Below are positions 21,542-34,734 of a stretch of 64,000 bases of DNA, one piece after another. This stretch comes from Nannocystis bainbridge. Lineage in GTDB: Bacteria; Myxococcota_A; Polyangia; Nannocystales; Nannocystaceae. Below the pieces are notes generated by a model, which did no database searches, was not told where the DNA came from, and worked only from the letters and a program-made list of their open reading frames with translations. The stretch spans positions 1,664,001 to 1,728,000 of the forward strand of contig NZ_JAQNDL010000002.1 in NCBI RefSeq assembly GCF_028368995.1, given 5' to 3'. A program made the position numbers and the translations under genes. Each line of letters starts with the position of its first letter. The first letter of the stretch is position 1.

Positions 21542-22407
21542 TGCCGGTGCCCTCGCGCTAACTTCGGAAGATCTACACCACGCGGGACCTCGGCGGCACT
21601 CGGCGGCTTTCCGGACAGCGCCGACGAAAGCGCACGCTCCGCCTCCGCGCGCAGCTCCGGATCGTCCTCGTTGGCGGCCGCGAACCGCAAGAAACCGACC
21701 GCATCGGCCCCGCCCAGGCGGGCGAGCGCGCGGTAAGCCTCGCGCGTCGCCTCGGGATCCAGGCGATGCGCCTCGCGCACGATCGCCGCTGCGTGGTCCC
21801 GTGTCCCCACCATGCCGAGCACATCGAGCGCCGCCACGCGCACCCGCGCGTCCTCGCTGCGCAACAGCGGCAGCAACTGACCCGCGTGCTCCCTCGCTTC
21901 GCGGTCGCCCACGTAGCGCAGCGCCACCAGTAGCTGCGACGGCTCACCCGACGCCAGCAGAACCTCGAGCCCGCTCGCGTCCCCGCGCGCCAGGCGACAC
22001 TGCGCTTCGAGCCCGGTGATCGCCCGTCGCGCCGCGTCCACCAGCGCCGTCATCGACGGACGGAACGCGTCCTTGCCGGCCGACGCCGAAGTCGTGATCG
22101 CCGACACCGCGAACTTGGACCGCAGGTCCGCGGGCACCGCCATGCCCACGTGGAGGACCCACGGCGCCTCCGGGGCCTCGCGCGTCAGCGACGCCTCGCC
22201 GTGGACCGTCGAACCGGTGGCGTCGTCGGGCGCGAAGATCGCGCTGTCGCGCAACGCTGCCTGCAACGCCTCCGACACCGCCCCCTCGAGGTCCACGGCC
22301 TCGCTGGGCAGCGCCAGGCTGAGCCGTACCGGATAGCGACCGCCGTCCGAATCACCGCACGCTGCGGCGAGCAGGACGAGAGCGAGCGCCGCGCGGAGTC
22401 GGATCAT
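21538..22407 (-). CDS. HEAT-repeat lipoprotein
   Basis: Lipobox AAAC, LLRSEDARVRVAALDVLG and DDPELRAEAERAL repeats. Confidence 0.7.
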   Translation of the reverse strand: MIRLRAALALVLLAAACGDSDGGRYPVRLSLALPSEAVDLEGAVSEALQAALRDSAIFAPDDATGSTVHGEASLTREAPEAPWVLHVGMAVPADLRSKFAVSAITTSASAGKDAFRPSMTALVDAARRAITGLEAQCRLARGDASGLEVLLASGEPSQLLVALRYVGDREAREHAGQLLPLLRSEDARVRVAALDVLGMVGTRDHAAAIVREAHRLDPEATREAYRALARLGGADAVGFLRFAAANEDDPELRAEAERALSSALSGKPPSAAEVPRGVDLPKLARGHRQ

Positions 22408-23087
22408 CGTCGATCGCTACCATACCCCTCCGGGTCCTCCCAGACCAGCGGCAGGCCCAACTGCGCCGCGTAGACGGCCGCGAACCGCCGCCCGGCCGTC
22501 TCGACGCTCGTCGCTCGCCCCCCGACCGCCGCCGCGCTGGTCACGGTCACGCCCTGCAGCCCGCAGGACACCAGCGCGCCGAACAAGCCCGGGTCGACCG
22601 CCAGGTTGATCGAGATCCCCTGAACCGCCACGCCGCGGCTCACGTGGATCCCGATCGACGCCAGCTTCTCGGAACCGCGCCACACGCCCGGCTGCTCCAT
22701 GCGGAACTCGCAGCCGTCGACCCCGAGCTCGGCGAGTACGGCGATCGCCACGTCGCCGAGGCGCACGATGTGCTCGCGGATCCGTCGACCCACCATGACG
22801 ATCGGATAGGCCACCAGTTGGCCCGGCCCGTGGAGCGTCACCTCGCCGCCGCGCGGCGCCTCGCAGACCGTCACGCCTGCGGCCGCGCGCTGCTCCTCCG
22901 ACCACAGGATGTCCTCCATCCGGCCGCGGCGGCCCAGCGTCAACACCGGCGGGTGCTCGACCAGGAACAGCACCCCCGGCTCGCCCGCGAGCACCCGCTC
23001 GCGCGCAGCAAGCTGCAGCGCGAGCGCCTCCTCGAAGCCCATGCGGCCGAGCCACACGGCGCGCAGTGATTCAGGTGTCGAGTCCAC
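22404..23087 (-). CDS. lipB: Lipoyl(octanoyl) transferase
   Basis: VEHPPVLTLGR, RGGEVTLHGPGQLVAYP, KLASIG and CGL motifs. Confidence 0.92.
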   Translation of the reverse strand: MDSTPESLRAVWLGRMGFEEALALQLAARERVLAGEPGVLFLVEHPPVLTLGRRGRMEDILWSEEQRAAAGVTVCEAPRGGEVTLHGPGQLVAYPIVMVGRRIREHIVRLGDVAIAVLAELGVDGCEFRMEQPGVWRGSEKLASIGIHVSRGVAVQGISINLAVDPGLFGALVSCGLQGVTVTSAAAVGGRATSVETAGRRFAAVYAAQLGLPLVWEDPEGYGSDRR

Positions 23088-24801
23088 TGATCGACTCGAG
23101 CACGGTCGGATCGAGCGCGCCGATCGCCACCGGCAAGGGGCTGATGCCGACGCCCTGGGCCCGCAGCCAGGCCGCGAGCTCGGCCGCGGTCACGACCCGC
23201 GCGTCGCCCCACGGCGGCTCGCCCGGAGCGTCCCCCATGCAGAACACCAGGCAACCGCTCGCCTGAGTCCGCTCGGCGTCGCCCGCCCACGCCGACGCGT
23301 CGATCCCCGCGCGCCGCGGCAGGATCAGCGCCAGCAACTTCGGGCTCGCCTCGTCCTCGTCGGACTCCGAGTCCGCGTCACCCTCGACGTCGCTGATCAC
23401 GAGCTTGGCGATCCCGCGGGACGGCGGCAGCGTCGCCAGCACCGGGTAGCCCTCGCGGGTCAGCCAGATGCGTGCGACCGCCTCGAGCCCGCGCGGCCCA
23501 AGTGTCTGCAACCACTGTACGAACGCGTTGGTGATCTCGGTGTTGAGGGCCGCGATCGCGGCGTGCAGCGCCTGCTCCGCGGCGGTCACGGCCGGCGGCA
23601 CGCGGGTCGCGTGGAGCTGGTAGCGCGCGTCGCCGCGGGCGATGAACCGCGAAGCGCGACCGCCGTGACGGATGTCGAGCAGGATGGCCGCCGTCACGGC
23701 GCGCTCGATCTCCGAGATCTCGCCGCCGAGCACGCCCATGCCCGCGAGGGTCTCGGCGATCTGGCGGATGTGCAGCGAGCGCGGCCCGGCGTCGGTCATC
23801 ACCTGCGCCACCTGCTGCAGCAGCGTCTCCGAGGCCTCGTCGCGGACCGAGCGGATCTCGGCCGAACCGCCCTCGTTGCGGCGGCCGCGACGGCGACGCC
23901 GGCGACGCCGGCGACCCGGACGGTCGTCGTCGTCGTTGACCGCTTGCGGCTGCGCCTGCGGCGGCTGCGGTCGCGACGGCGGCGGGCCGAGCGGACCGGG
24001 TCGGCGCAGGCTGCGGTGCTCGACCGCCGGCCCGCTCGGAGCCGGAGGCGGCGGCGGCGGCGGCGGACGCTGCATGGTCTCGAGCTCCGTGCGCAGCTCG
24101 GGCCGCTCCTCGGCCAGCCGCGACATCGCGTTCGCCATCACCACGGCGACGTCGGTCACGCCGTCGAGGCCCGCGCCCTTGGGCGCCTCGAACTCGAGGT
24201 TGGGCGTCACCCGCGGGATCACCTCGGTGCGCTTGCCGTTGTCGAGCCCGCGGCGGCTCGGCTTGACCGCCACCGTTTGCGGCGCCGGAGCCTCGCCGCG
24301 GACCCCGAACCGATCCCGGCGACGGCGACGGCGACGGCCGCCGCCTTCCTCGCTCGTGCCCTCTTCGCCCTCGCTCGGCTCGCCCTCTTCACGCGGGTCG
24401 CCGGTCAGCATCGAATTCGCTTCAACTTTTGGCGGCAAGGCTTCGGCATCGTTGGACTTCTTGGTGCTAGGCGGGACCGTCTCGAAGGGCAGCTCGAGGG
24501 TCGGCGCCGGAGCCGGCGGAGGTGCCGGGGCTGGGGGGGGCGGCGGCGGCGGCGGCTCGGGGACGGCCGCGGGCGGCGGCACGGCTCCGGGGCGGAGCTG
24601 GAAGAACCCCGGCTTGCTGCGGACCAGCAGCGCGCTCTCTCCCCGCACGGCCGCGTTCAGGCTCGCCTGCATCGCCGCGACCGGATCCCGGCCCACGTGC
24701 GAGAGCAGGTTGCGATCGACGGCTCGCTTCACGATCTCGGAGAAATGCAGGGGGTCGGACTCGAGGCGGAGGACTTCGATCGCAGCTTCAAGGAAGGTCA
24801 T
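23071..24801 (-). CDS. Protein with two HARE-HTH-like winged helices, Pro/Arg-rich disordered linkers and a degenerate Mrr-like C-terminal domain
   Basis: N-terminal MTFLEAAIEVLR...LHFSEI...P.AAMQASL...PGFFQL, second unit SLHIRQIAE...SRFIARGDARYQL, C-terminal LGPRGLEAVARIWL..EGY...VTAAELAAWL..GVG. Confidence 0.7.
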   Translation of the reverse strand: MTFLEAAIEVLRLESDPLHFSEIVKRAVDRNLLSHVGRDPVAAMQASLNAAVRGESALLVRSKPGFFQLRPGAVPPPAAVPEPPPPPPPPAPAPPPAPAPTLELPFETVPPSTKKSNDAEALPPKVEANSMLTGDPREEGEPSEGEEGTSEEGGGRRRRRRRDRFGVRGEAPAPQTVAVKPSRRGLDNGKRTEVIPRVTPNLEFEAPKGAGLDGVTDVAVVMANAMSRLAEERPELRTELETMQRPPPPPPPPAPSGPAVEHRSLRRPGPLGPPPSRPQPPQAQPQAVNDDDDRPGRRRRRRRRRGRRNEGGSAEIRSVRDEASETLLQQVAQVMTDAGPRSLHIRQIAETLAGMGVLGGEISEIERAVTAAILLDIRHGGRASRFIARGDARYQLHATRVPPAVTAAEQALHAAIAALNTEITNAFVQWLQTLGPRGLEAVARIWLTREGYPVLATLPPSRGIAKLVISDVEGDADSESDEDEASPKLLALILPRRAGIDASAWAGDAERTQASGCLVFCMGDAPGEPPWGDARVVTAAELAAWLRAQGVGISPLPVAIGALDPTVLESISGLDT

Positions 24802-24891
24802 GTGTACGACTGCGGCGCGCCGGTCGACGGCGACGGAGAGTTGTGCAGAAAATTTGCGTGCCGAGGTCGGACTCTGCTAGCCGCGGACGAC

Positions 24892-25884
24892 ATGCGTGCG
24901 CACAACGTCGGCGTCCTGATCTCGACCGCCACCGCTCGATCGGTGGGCGCGGACAATGATAGCCAAATCGACCGCGAAAGTGGCAGCGATCTTGCGGAAG
25001 CGCTGGGCGGGCTCGGCCTCGTGCCCGTCTCGCTGACCGCCGACGACGCGCTCGACGTCACCCTGCGGCGGACCCGCCTGCGCGCCTGCTTGCTCGCCAC
25101 CCACGGCCTCGCCGGCGGGCTCGGCCGGATCCAGGCCCTCCTCGAGCTGCGCAAGATCCCGTTCGTCGGCCCCTCGGCGCAGGTCGCCGGGCTCGCCTAC
25201 GACAAGCTGCGCGCGCGCCAGATCTTGGCCTACCACAGCCTCCCGGTCCCGACGACGCTGGCCCTCGGCGGCGCCGAGCCGCCGAGCCGCCACGACATCG
25301 GCATGCTCGGCTGGCCGTGCGTGCTCAAGCCCCGCCGCGGCAGCCACGCAGCCGGGGTCCGCCTGCTCGCCGACGCCGACGCGATCGCCGACGCCAGCGC
25401 GGCCGCGCGGGACGATGCCGGGGAGTTCCTGCTCGAGCGGGCCGTGATCGGCCGCGAAGTCCAGGTCGTGCTGCTGCACGGCAAGGTCCTGGGGACCATG
25501 GAGGTCGTGCGCGAGGCCGGCGATCTGGCGCAGATCCGCGCCATGACTTGCCCCCCGGGCCTCACCCGCAGTCAGCTCAAGGGCATCGGCAACCTCGCCG
25601 AGCACGCCACCCGCGCGCTCGGCCTGGTCCGCGGGGCCGCGCGCGTCGACATCCTGGTCCACCCCCGCCACAACGAGGTCATCCTCGAGGCCGAGCCCTG
25701 CCCCGACCTGCGCCGCTCCGGCGTGGTCGCCCGGGTCGCCCACGCCGCGGGCCTGCGCTACGAGGCGCTCGTCCAGGAGCTCCTGCGCGGGCTGGTCGAC
25801 CTGCCCGAGCGCGTCACCCCGGAGCCCACCGTCCGCCGCGCCCCCGCGCCGATGGTCGAGGCGCCGACCGTGCCGCTGCAGTGA
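24892..25884 (+). CDS. D-Ala-D-Ala ligase-like ATP-grasp protein (divergent)
   Basis: HG..G..G.IQALLEL..IPFVG...AYDK, VLKP..GS, LLERAV.GRE and ARVDI motifs. Several Ddl catalytic motifs are altered. Confidence 0.75.
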   Translation: MRAHNVGVLISTATARSVGADNDSQIDRESGSDLAEALGGLGLVPVSLTADDALDVTLRRTRLRACLLATHGLAGGLGRIQALLELRKIPFVGPSAQVAGLAYDKLRARQILAYHSLPVPTTLALGGAEPPSRHDIGMLGWPCVLKPRRGSHAAGVRLLADADAIADASAAARDDAGEFLLERAVIGREVQVVLLHGKVLGTMEVVREAGDLAQIRAMTCPPGLTRSQLKGIGNLAEHATRALGLVRGAARVDILVHPRHNEVILEAEPCPDLRRSGVVARVAHAAGLRYEALVQELLRGLVDLPERVTPEPTVRRAPAPMVEAPTVPLQ

Positions 25885-25961
25885 GCTGTCCCCGGGGACC
25901 TGCTCTCCGGGACCTGTCCCTTCAGACCTGTCACAACGGACCTGCCCCCGAAGACCTGTCC
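25882..25961. repeat. 14-bp-period array (6 cores, GACCTG variant)
   Basis: Cores at 25885, 25899, 25913, 25927, 25941, 25955, beginning at the stop codon. Confidence 0.9.
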
Positions 25962-26356
25962 CTCAGGTCCGGCGGCAGGTCCGAGTGCTTTTCGCTCCTC
26001 GCGCAGGCGAGACGACCTGCCAGCTTCGCCAAGCAGCCCGGCATGCGCGCCAGTGGGGTCCTGAGGGCGCAGCGGCTCGTCGCTCGTCCTTCCGCCTGGC
26101 TCCCGTCGGGTAACGAGCCAGGCTCGCTCTCATCGCCGCACTTCGTCGGCTGTGTGGGCCACGACGGTCGGGCTCCTGGAAACGTCCGCCACCGCAGTGA
26201 CTCTCGTGCACCGACGACCGCACACGATGCGCCCGGCCAGCCCGCCGAGCTGCGACGCCGACGTGGTGAACGGATCGTCGGCGAAGTTTGGGCGGACCAG
26301 GCGTTCGCCCCTCGACGGCTCGCTGCGGGGCCACTGCCGACGCACGCACGCGGACC

Positions 26357-26400
26357 CAAAGAGAAAGACCGCGGCGAGTCACCTCGCGCGCGGTCTCTCG
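26357..26400 (-). terminator. Terminator-like hairpin after atp operon
   Basis: Minus strand AGACCGCG...CGCGGTCT imperfect stem followed by TTCTCTTT. Confidence 0.55.
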
Positions 26401-26416
26401 CGGCCTCGTGGGCCCT

Positions 26417-26836
26417 TCAGGGCTGGGTCGCGCGGATCTGGGCCTCGAGCCAACCTTGCTCGGTGACCAACTTGCGGTGCTCGGCCGCGTCGATCGAGCC
26501 GAGCTCGTGCGACAGCTCGGCCGAGACCCGCTTGAGGTCCTCGCGCGCCTTGTTGGCGTCGATCTCGGACACCTCGAGCGCGCGCTCGACGAGGATGACC
26601 ACCCGGTTGTCGCGGGTGACCTCGAGGAAGCCGGCGCCGACGGCGATCCGGACCGACTCGCCGCCGTCACGGAAGCGGACCACGCCCGGGACGACCGGCG
26701 TGATGAACGGAACGTGCTCGGGCAGGACGCCGAGCTCGCCGAGGAGGCCGGGGACTTCGACCCCGGGCACCACCACGCCGTGGCGCTTGGGGCCCAGCGG
26801 CGTGAGGATGTCGAGCTGGATGGTGGTGTCGGCCAT
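26417..26836 (-). CDS. atpC: ATP synthase epsilon subunit
   Basis: LDILTP, PG..GELGVLPEH and GFLEV motifs, last gene of the operon. Confidence 0.95.
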   Translation of the reverse strand: MADTTIQLDILTPLGPKRHGVVVPGVEVPGLLGELGVLPEHVPFITPVVPGVVRFRDGGESVRIAVGAGFLEVTRDNRVVILVERALEVSEIDANKAREDLKRVSAELSHELGSIDAAEHRKLVTEQGWLEAQIRATQP

Positions 26837-26853
26837 GACGGTGGACTCCCGGC

Positions 26854-28566
<1,713 letters not shown>

Positions 28567-29493
28567 CTAGCCCTTGAGGGCCTCGGCGCCGCCGATGATC
28601 TCCAGGAGTTCCTTGGTGATCGCGGCCTGGCGCTCGCGGTTGTAGAACAGCGTCAGCTCGCGGATGAGCTGGGTCGCGTTGTCGGACGCCGAGTCCATCG
28701 CGGTGCGACGGGCGGCGATCTCGCCGGCGACCGAGTTGAAGAACGCCTGCTGCAGCCGCGACTCGACGGCGATCGGCAGCAGGTGCCCGAGCAGCGCGTC
28801 GCGCCCCGGCTCGAGCACCGGCAACACGCGCTCGTCGTTCACGACTTCGCGCGACTCGAACGGCAGCAGCTGCTCGATCTTCGGCAGCTGCGTCAGCACG
28901 TTCTTGAAGTAGTTGTAGGCGAAGTACACCTTGTCGACCTGCGGCAGGTCGGTGTCGCCGCCTTCCTTGCCGCCGGTGAACATCGCCATGACCTCGGCCG
29001 CGACCATCTTGGCCTTGACCACCAGGTCGGCCAGCGTCGGCGCGTCGTGGTGACGGACGAGCTTCTGTCCGCTGTGCTGGAAGAACCCGCGGCCCTTCTT
29101 GCCCACCGTCAGCAGCACGACGTCGTTGCCGGCCTCGCGCTCCTTGCGGATGAAGGTGCCCACGGCGCGGTTGAGGTTGGCGTTGAAGCCGCCCGCGAGG
29201 CCGCGATCGGCGGTGATGTGCACGATCACCACGCGACCGTTGCCGCTGCGCTTGAGCAGCAGCGGGTGCGCTGCGCCGGCCTCGCCGGCCTCGCCCTCGC
29301 CCTCGCCGCCGCCGAGGCTGGCGACCAGCGAGCCGACCACCTGGTCGAGACGCTCGCCGTACGGCCGCGCCCCCATCGCCGCCTGCTGCGCCTTGATCAG
29401 GCGCGCCGCGGCGATTCGGCTCATCGCCGAGGTGATCTTGCGCGTGTTCTTGACCGACGTGATCCGGCTTCGGATCTCCTTCAGGTTGGCCAT
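28567..29493 (-). CDS. atpG: ATP synthase gamma subunit
   Basis: MANLKEIRSRI.SVKNT.KIT.AM, DRGLAG.FN and RQAAITKELLEI.GAEAL. Confidence 0.98.
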   Translation of the reverse strand: MANLKEIRSRITSVKNTRKITSAMSRIAAARLIKAQQAAMGARPYGERLDQVVGSLVASLGGGEGEGEAGEAGAAHPLLLKRSGNGRVVIVHITADRGLAGGFNANLNRAVGTFIRKEREAGNDVVLLTVGKKGRGFFQHSGQKLVRHHDAPTLADLVVKAKMVAAEVMAMFTGGKEGGDTDLPQVDKVYFAYNYFKNVLTQLPKIEQLLPFESREVVNDERVLPVLEPGRDALLGHLLPIAVESRLQQAFFNSVAGEIAARRTAMDSASDNATQLIRELTLFYNRERQAAITKELLEIIGGAEALKG

Positions 29494-29494
29494 G

Positions 29495-31033
<1,539 letters not shown>

Positions 31034-31116
31034 GGTGCGCTCGCGCGGTCCGCCCTGGGCGGCAGGACCTGAAGTTGGGATCGATGGGGTGACGTGGACG
31101 CGGGAGAAGCCGGAGG

Positions 31117-31668
31117 CTAGCCGCGGAGGGAGGAACGGAGGTTGCCGAGCTGGGTCTTCAGGCTGCCGTCGTAGACGACGCTGCCGACCTGGGTGACGAC
31201 GCCGCCGATGAGCTCGGGGTCGACGGCGGACTCGAGGAGGATGGTCTTGCCGGTGGCGCGCTCGAGCGCGGCCTTGATCTTGTTGACCGCGTCAGCAGGA
31301 AGCGGCCGCGCCGAGGTCAGCTTGGCGTGCACGCGCCCGGACAGCGCGTCCGACATCTCGGCGTACTGCCGGGCCATCTGCGACACGCCGGTGATGCGGC
31401 CGCGGTCGAACACGAACAGCAGGAACTTGCCGACGATCGCGTCGAGCGACATCCGCTCGAGCACCTTCTGCAGCACCGCGCGGCGCTCGGGCACCAGGAA
31501 CGCGCCCGACTCGAGCACCGACAGCAGCGAGGGCTTGCCGGGCTCGCTGGCCGTGGCGACGCGGACGAAGCTGGCGATGTCGCGGCCGAAGATCTCGCGC
31601 TGGATCGGCGTGTCCGCGAGCTGGAGGAGCGCGCGGGCGTAACGACGGGCAAGGCTGCCGGGGATCAT
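31117..31668 (-). CDS. atpH: ATP synthase delta subunit
   Basis: ARRYARAL and VDPELIGG...DGSLKTQL motifs. Confidence 0.95.
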   Translation of the reverse strand: MIPGSLARRYARALLQLADTPIQREIFGRDIASFVRVATASEPGKPSLLSVLESGAFLVPERRAVLQKVLERMSLDAIVGKFLLFVFDRGRITGVSQMARQYAEMSDALSGRVHAKLTSARPLPADAVNKIKAALERATGKTILLESAVDPELIGGVVTQVGSVVYDGSLKTQLGNLRSSLRG

Positions 31669-31726
31669 GAGAGCTCGTCCTGGAGGGGTTTCGGTGTCGG
31701 GGCCCGTAGGCCGAGAAAAGTGCGGC

Positions 31727-32425
31727 TCAGGCAGCCGGGCGGCCGTTCACGACCTCGACCGCGTAGTCGTCGACCAGGCGGGACTGATCCGCGTCGGTGA
31801 AGCGGGCGCGCAGGATCTCCTCGGCCCGGGTGATCGCGCGGTCGAGGACTTCGTTCTCGACCGCCTGCTTGCGCACCGCGACCTCGCGCTGCGCCGCCGA
31901 CAGCGCCTGCGCCTTGAAGCGTTCGACCTCGGCGCGCGCCTCGGTCATCAGCCGCTGGCGGTCGCTCTCGGCGCCGACGCGGGCCTGCTCGAGGATCTCG
32001 CGCGTCTCCTGGTCGAGGTGGTCGACCCGCCGCTTGTACTCCGAGAGCACCGACTCGGCCTCGTTCATCGCCTGCTGCGCCGCGGTGACCTGGGTCTTGA
32101 TCGCCTCGTGGCGCGCGGCGTTGTCGGCCACCAGCTTGCGAATGATCAGCCGGTGCAGCAGGAACGCCAGCACCAGGAAGTTGATCAGCAGGTACGCCAG
32201 GCCGACGCGGTGGTCCTCGGCGTTGGGCCAGTTGAACCAGGTGATCCCGTGGTGATGGACCACGTGCTCGGAGGCCTGGACCGCCTCGGAGGCGGCCTCG
32301 GTGGCGTTGTGACCAACCGGCTCGTGACCGGCCGGCGAGGCCGACGCCACCTGCCCGATCAGACAGATGAACGAGCCGACGACGAGGCTGGTGAGCCCAT
32401 GAACCCGATGAAGCGCGCGACGCAT
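31727..32425 (-). CDS. atpF: ATP synthase subunit b with N-terminal extension
   Basis: INFLVL TM segment, coiled coil, DQSRLVDDY, operon position. Confidence 0.88.
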   Translation of the reverse strand: MRRALHRVHGLTSLVVGSFICLIGQVASASPAGHEPVGHNATEAASEAVQASEHVVHHHGITWFNWPNAEDHRVGLAYLLINFLVLAFLLHRLIIRKLVADNAARHEAIKTQVTAAQQAMNEAESVLSEYKRRVDHLDQETREILEQARVGAESDRQRLMTEARAEVERFKAQALSAAQREVAVRKQAVENEVLDRAITRAEEILRARFTDADQSRLVDDYAVEVVNGRPAA

Positions 32426-32427
32426 GG

Positions 32428-32889
32428 TCACACCGTCCTTCCCAGCAGCTTGGTGGCGATGTCCTGGGCGAGCTCCTCGACCCGGGTCGCCAGGGTGGTG
32501 CGGGCCGCTTCGGCCTCGCTGTTGAGCCGCTCGCGCTGCGCCTCGGACTCGCTGCCCGCGGCGGCGCGCGCCTCGGCGAGCTGGCGCTGACGCTCGGACT
32601 CGCTGCCCTTGACCGCCTCGGAGCGGATCCCGGCGGCGCGGGCGCGGGCCTCGGCCAGGCGGCTCTCGTAACGGCGACCCTCCTCGTCGGCGCGGGTGCG
32701 GAGGTCCGTCGCCGCCGCCGTCGTGCCGGTGATCGCCTGCTCGCGCCGGGCCTGAGTCGCCAGCCACGGCTTGAACAACAGCGGATAGAGGATCGCCATC
32801 AACAGGAGGAAGATGCCGGCCTGGATGAAGATCGTGCCGTCGATGTCGACGACGGGAGCGGCTGCTGCGGCGAGGAGAGTTGCGTGCAT
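32428..32889 (-). CDS. ATP synthase subunit b'
   Basis: DIDGTIFIQ..IF.LL...LLFKP TM segment, coiled coil, IATKLLGR. Confidence 0.88.
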   Translation of the reverse strand: MHATLLAAAAAPVVDIDGTIFIQAGIFLLLMAILYPLLFKPWLATQARREQAITGTTAAATDLRTRADEEGRRYESRLAEARARAAGIRSEAVKGSESERQRQLAEARAAAGSESEAQRERLNSEAEAARTTLATRVEELAQDIATKLLGRTV

Positions 32890-33386
32890 GGGGCCGTGAG
32901 CTTTTTCGGGGGGCCGTCCGCGGGCCGAGAGGCAGGCGGGCGATGCGGTGGCTCAGGCGCGGCCGGGGCCACCGGGGGGCCGCAAGTCCTTCGGCCCGAG
33001 AGAATCCGGCGGCTTTTGGCAAGCCGCTGGCAGATCCGAGAAGCGGCGGGCATCTACCACGCGAGATATGGGTCGTCAACGGACGCGAGCTCACATGCGA
33101 GCGCCGCGTCGCAGGGCCTTGCAAGCCGCGCTAGAGCCTTCCTCGGACCTTTCAATCGTCTCTTGGGACAGGTCTGGCCGCGTGCCTCGATCGTGCGCAT
33201 AAACCGTTTCGGGACGTGAGAAATGCGGGGCGCCAGGCGTCGGAGACGGCGCACCTCGGACCCCCCTCACGGGCCTCGTCCGCTCGGCTGTTTCCGCCCG
33301 CCTGCTTGCGCTGCCAGGCCCCTGAGCGGCCAGACGGCGACAATTTGCATAGCGCTCGCGGCCCCCGTCGCTTACGCTGCTGGTCC

Positions 33387-34421
33387 GTGAGCAGCAAACG
33401 GCCCGACCCGTACGACCGCGCGATGAGCCCCCTGGCCGCGGACGACGACGAGAGTGATCGCGACATCGACGCCGATTTGCGCGGCGACACGCGGCCGATC
33501 GACCTCATCGACGTATTCGGGCGGGCTCGCGGGGTCGTCGCCGAGATGGTCCGTAGCACGCCGACCGGTGACACCCTGGTCGTCGTCACCAACGAGCTCG
33601 GCTTTCCGGTCGGCCAACGCGCTATCCGCCGGCCCGAGAGCCTACCTTACGCCCTCGTATTCGGCCGCCATAACCGCTGCACCCTATCTATCCCCCACGA
33701 TTCCCGCGTCAGCCTGCGCCACATCCTGCTCACCGCGTGGCCTGGCCAGGGAGCCCTGCGTCTGCGGGGCTATGACCTCGGCGGTCGCGCCGGCATCGTG
33801 CTCGCCGACGGCAAGCGGGTGCCCGGCTTCTCGGCGCTCGGCCACGTCGCCCTGTCGTTCGGCCGTACCGGCCTGGTCGTGCTGCCCGGCGGCCCTGCCG
33901 GCCTCTCGCTGCTCGAGGGCACCACCGATCAGGCCTTCCAGCGGCTCACCGGCATCGACCGCGACGGCGGCGGCATTCGCCTCGCCATCTCGGCGATGGC
34001 CGAGCCCAGCGTCGCCCAGATCGGCGGCTATCGCCCGATCGACGTCGAGGCCCGGCCGCAGCCGCGCGGCATCCTGCGTCTGCGCTCCCTGAAGTCCAAG
34101 TCTCAGCGCGGCGCCGAGGCCTCGCGCGAGCTCGAGGTCGACAGCGAGCAGCTGCAGCGCGGCCTCCTCATCGGCCGCTACAGCGATCGCTGTTCGCTCG
34201 CCGGCTCCGGCCGCAACCTGTCCCGCGTCCACGCCCTCGTCACCGAGGAGGGCCCCAACTCGCTCCTCGTCTACGACCTCGCCAGCACCAACGGCGTGCG
34301 TCCCGGCCACGAGACCGAGGGCCCTTCGCACAGCGTCGTCCGGCTTCGCCATAACGAGCCGGTCATGCTCGGCCACTTCGAGCTGAGCTGGACCCCGGCC
34401 GAGCGCATTCGCGTGCACTGA
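33387..34421 (+). CDS. Protein with two FHA-like domains
   Basis: FGRH.RC.L.....VSLRH and IGRY..C......LSRVH...DLASTNG. Start uncertain (GTG 33387 or ATG 33423). Confidence 0.75.
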   Translation: MSSKRPDPYDRAMSPLAADDDESDRDIDADLRGDTRPIDLIDVFGRARGVVAEMVRSTPTGDTLVVVTNELGFPVGQRAIRRPESLPYALVFGRHNRCTLSIPHDSRVSLRHILLTAWPGQGALRLRGYDLGGRAGIVLADGKRVPGFSALGHVALSFGRTGLVVLPGGPAGLSLLEGTTDQAFQRLTGIDRDGGGIRLAISAMAEPSVAQIGGYRPIDVEARPQPRGILRLRSLKSKSQRGAEASRELEVDSEQLQRGLLIGRYSDRCSLAGSGRNLSRVHALVTEEGPNSLLVYDLASTNGVRPGHETEGPSHSVVRLRHNEPVMLGHFELSWTPAERIRVH

Positions 34422-34734
34422 CGGACCGCCCTCCGCGGTCGCCGATGCGTCGCGCGAAGTCGGGCGTATTTCGCCGTGGCGCACCCGTTTTGCGGCGCCG
34501 ACGCGTCCGCTCGCAGTTTCGCGGCGGCGGTCCGCGCGGTGCGCTGGGGCTTGCGCATGCACACGACCGCAGACCGCGCTTCGACGGAGCCAACGCCGGG
34601 CGATTGTGCTATCTGCCTGTTTGCGTCCAGGCCCGAAACGGCCTTCCGCGACCGCCCCCGCCTCCCGCGGGCGCGACTCGCAGCCCCCGCGCCGCCGTCC
34701 CTGGTCGCCCAGCTGGCCTCAACCGGACAAATCC

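Noticed and set aside
22909-25884. 991-aa ORF in the track
   Set aside because: The first two thirds is the antisense shadow of the HARE-HTH gene. Only 24892-25884 looks like a real protein.
32890-33386. Missing atpB/atpE as a sign of a defective ATP synthase
   Set aside because: A split atp operon is usual in deltaproteobacteria/Myxococcota, and the a and c genes are expected elsewhere.
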